This document shows, one piece after another, positions 27,839 to 29,507 of a stretch of DNA of 29,507 nt. Position 1 is the stretch's first letter. Each line of letters begins with the position of its first letter. The stretch comes from an uncultured Verrucomicrobiae bacterium (GTDB taxonomy: Bacteria; Verrucomicrobiota; Verrucomicrobiia; Limisphaerales; JAFGQR01). The stretch spans positions 1-29,507 of the forward strand of contig CAWBHS010000094.1 of assembly GCA_963788655.1 (NCBI GenBank), given 5' to 3'. Both the position numbers and the translations under genes were made by a program. The notes beneath the pieces were generated by a model. That model saw only the letters and a program-made list of their open reading frames with translations, made no database searches and was not told the DNA's origin.

Positions 27839-29507
27839 ATGTGGTTGTTCAAATTGCAAGGCAGCCAGCCGGTCGCCCACGCCATCCTGGTGCTGGCGGC
27901 GGTGGCGGTGCTTGGCTTGGCGCTCGGGAGCATCAAAATCCGGGGCGTCAGTCTGGGCATCGCGGGCGTTCTCTTTGCGGGTATTTTCCTGGGCCACTTG
28001 GGCTGGGGCATTGATCCCAGCGTGCTGCACTGGGTCCGGGAATTTGGCCTGATCCTATTTGTCTATACCATCGGCATGCAGGTGGGGCCCGGCTTTCTGA
28101 CGTCATTACGGCGCCAGGGATTGCCATTGAATCTCATGGCCATGAGCATCGTCGTGCTGGGCACCCTGGTTACCATGGGCTTGGCGTGGTTGATCGAAGT
28201 TGGATTGGGCGGCGGCCATCGGTTTGTTTACCGGCGCCACCACCAACACGCCCGCGCTGGGCGCCGCGCAGGATGCGTTGCGCGCAGCATTCCCGGCGTG
28301 GCTCCGACGCGACTCGATTTGCCGGCGTTGGGGTATGCCATTGCTTATCCGTTCGGAATCATCGGGATCATTGGCAGTATGCTGCTGTTCCGGACGGTGT
28401 TTCGGATTGATCTGGAAGCGGAAGGCCAACGCTTTCGCCAATCGCACACTTCGGATAAAGAACCGCTCAAGCGAATGAATTTGCTCGTGGATAATCCGAA
28501 TCTCAACGGACTACGCCTCGATCAAATTCCCGGCATGCAGGAACTCGAGGTCGTGGTTTCCCGCATCAAACGCGTGGGTGATGAGAAGGTGCGACCGGCC
28601 CAAGGTTCAACCACAGTGCAATCTGGCGATACGCTGCTGGCCGTCGGCACGAAGGGCAATCTTGACCGCTTTCGCCTCATCATCGGCAAGGAAAGTCCCG
28701 CTGATCTGCTCCGCATGCCTGGACAAGTGACACGGCAGCGAGTGGTGGTCACCCGCAAACAGGTCTTGGGCAAATCGCTGGGCGAACTGGGACTGAACCA
28801 GGTCTATGGCGTAACCGTTTCCCGCGTCACCCGGGCTGACATCGAGCTGACGGCGTTGCCGAATTTGAAGCTACAATTCGGTGACATGCTCCAAGTGGTG
28901 GGGGAAAAGGACGCCATCGCCAATGCCGCCGCCGCTTTGGGCAATTCGCTGAAGGAAGTCAATCACACCAATCTGATCCCCATTTTTGTGGGAATTGTGT
29001 TGGGAATTGTGTTGGGAACCTACCCGATCACGCTCGGCAATATGCCAGCGCCAGTTCGATTGGGACTGGCTGGTGGCCCGCTGGTCGTGGCGATCATTCT
29101 CAGCCGCATCGGCAAGATCGGTCCGCTGGTGTGGTACATGCCGGTGAATGCCAACGTGGTGCTGCGGGAATTGGGGATTGTCCTATTTCTTTCCTGCGTG
29201 GGATTGAAGGCCGGGGAACGCTTTGTCGAGCAACTCCTGCACGGACCGGGCCTGGTGTGGATGGGCTATGGCGTCTTCATTACGCTGATTCCCCTGCTGA
29301 CCGTAGGATTCATCGGACGAAAACTCCTCAACACCAATTTTATGAACCTCTGCGGTTTGCTGGCCGGCAGCATGACCGATCCACCGGCCCTGGCGTTTGC
29401 CAACACCGTCAACAACTCCGACGCCCCGTCGGTCGCCTACGCCACCGTCTATCCGCTCACCATGCTGTTGCGCATCATCATCGCCCAAGTGCTGGTGCTC
29501 TTTTTCT
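27839..29507 (+). CDS. YidE/YbjL (AspT) family transporter with two TrkA-C domains; runs off the window end; compensating frameshift pair at ~28200-28310
   Basis: MWLFKLQG...LGIAGVLFAG...EFGLILFVYTIGMQVGPGF; GATTNTPALGAAQ (shifted frame); GYAIAYPFG; LGLAGGPL; GSMTDPPALAFAN; YATVYPLTM. Confidence 0.93.
   Translation, partial: MWLFKLQGSQPVAHAILVLAAVAVLGLALGSIKIRGVSLGIAGVLFAGIFLGHLGWGIDPSVLHWVREFGLILFVYTIGMQVGPGFLTSLRRQGLPLNLMAMSIVVLGTLVTMGLAWLIEVGLGGGHRFVYRRHHQHARAGRRAGCVARSIPGVAPTRLDLPALGYAIAYPFGIIGIIGSMLLFRTVFRIDLEAEGQRFRQSHTSDKEPLKRMNLLVDNPNLNGLRLDQIPGMQELEVVVSRIKRVGDEKVRPAQGSTTVQSGDTLLAVGTKGNLDRFRLIIGKESPADLLRMPGQVTRQRVVVTRKQVLGKSLGELGLNQVYGVTVSRVTRADIELTALPNLKLQFGDMLQVVGEKDAIANAAAALGNSLKEVNHTNLIPIFVGIVLGIVLGTYPITLGNMPAPVRLGLAGGPLVVAIILSRIGKIGPLVWYMPVNANVVLRELGIVLFLSCVGLKAGERFVEQLLHGPGLVWMGYGVFITLIPLLTVGFIGRKLLNTNFMNLCGLLAGSMTDPPALAFANTVNNSDAPSVAYATVYPLTMLLRIIIAQVLVLFF

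Noticed and set aside
28988..29017. Direct repeat GGAATTGTGTTG x2
   Set aside because: Encodes GIVLGIVLG within a transmembrane helix of the transporter
1..29507. tRNA, rRNA, transposase or integrase genes
   Set aside because: No cloverleaf, rRNA signature, DDE, HUH or tyrosine-recombinase motifs recognised in any frame

Overview
GC-rich bacterial chromosomal segment, most consistent with Verrucomicrobiota (Pedosphaera/Limisphaera-like). This assignment is inferred from protein style and intergenic repeat families, not from a search. The housekeeping backbone is dnaE (shattered by about 20 or more frameshifts, probably an assembly artefact), tilS, an ABC-F ATPase, nadD, cstA, rnc, lspA and an RluD-type pseudouridine synthase. 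Accessory genes are an XRE/C-protein-like regulator, an uncharacterised protein followed by a pentaheme cytochrome c, a Tat-exported sugar phosphate isomerase/epimerase, an EF-hand protein, GH127 and GH2 glycoside hydrolases and a YidE/AspT transporter. The main unexplained structure is at ~8440-10165 (minus strand): a three-cassette integron-type array. Its attC sites and cassette-bracketing core repeats can be read directly from the sequence. It is headed by an attI-like site and a TTGACA-N17-TTTACT promoter, but there is no integrase gene, and tilS occupies the position where intI would be. The first cassette encodes an orphan DUF1851/Tdi1-like immunity protein. Intergenic spaces carry several unrelated REP/REPIN-like palindrome families, one of which supplies the C-terminus and stop codon of the GH127 gene.
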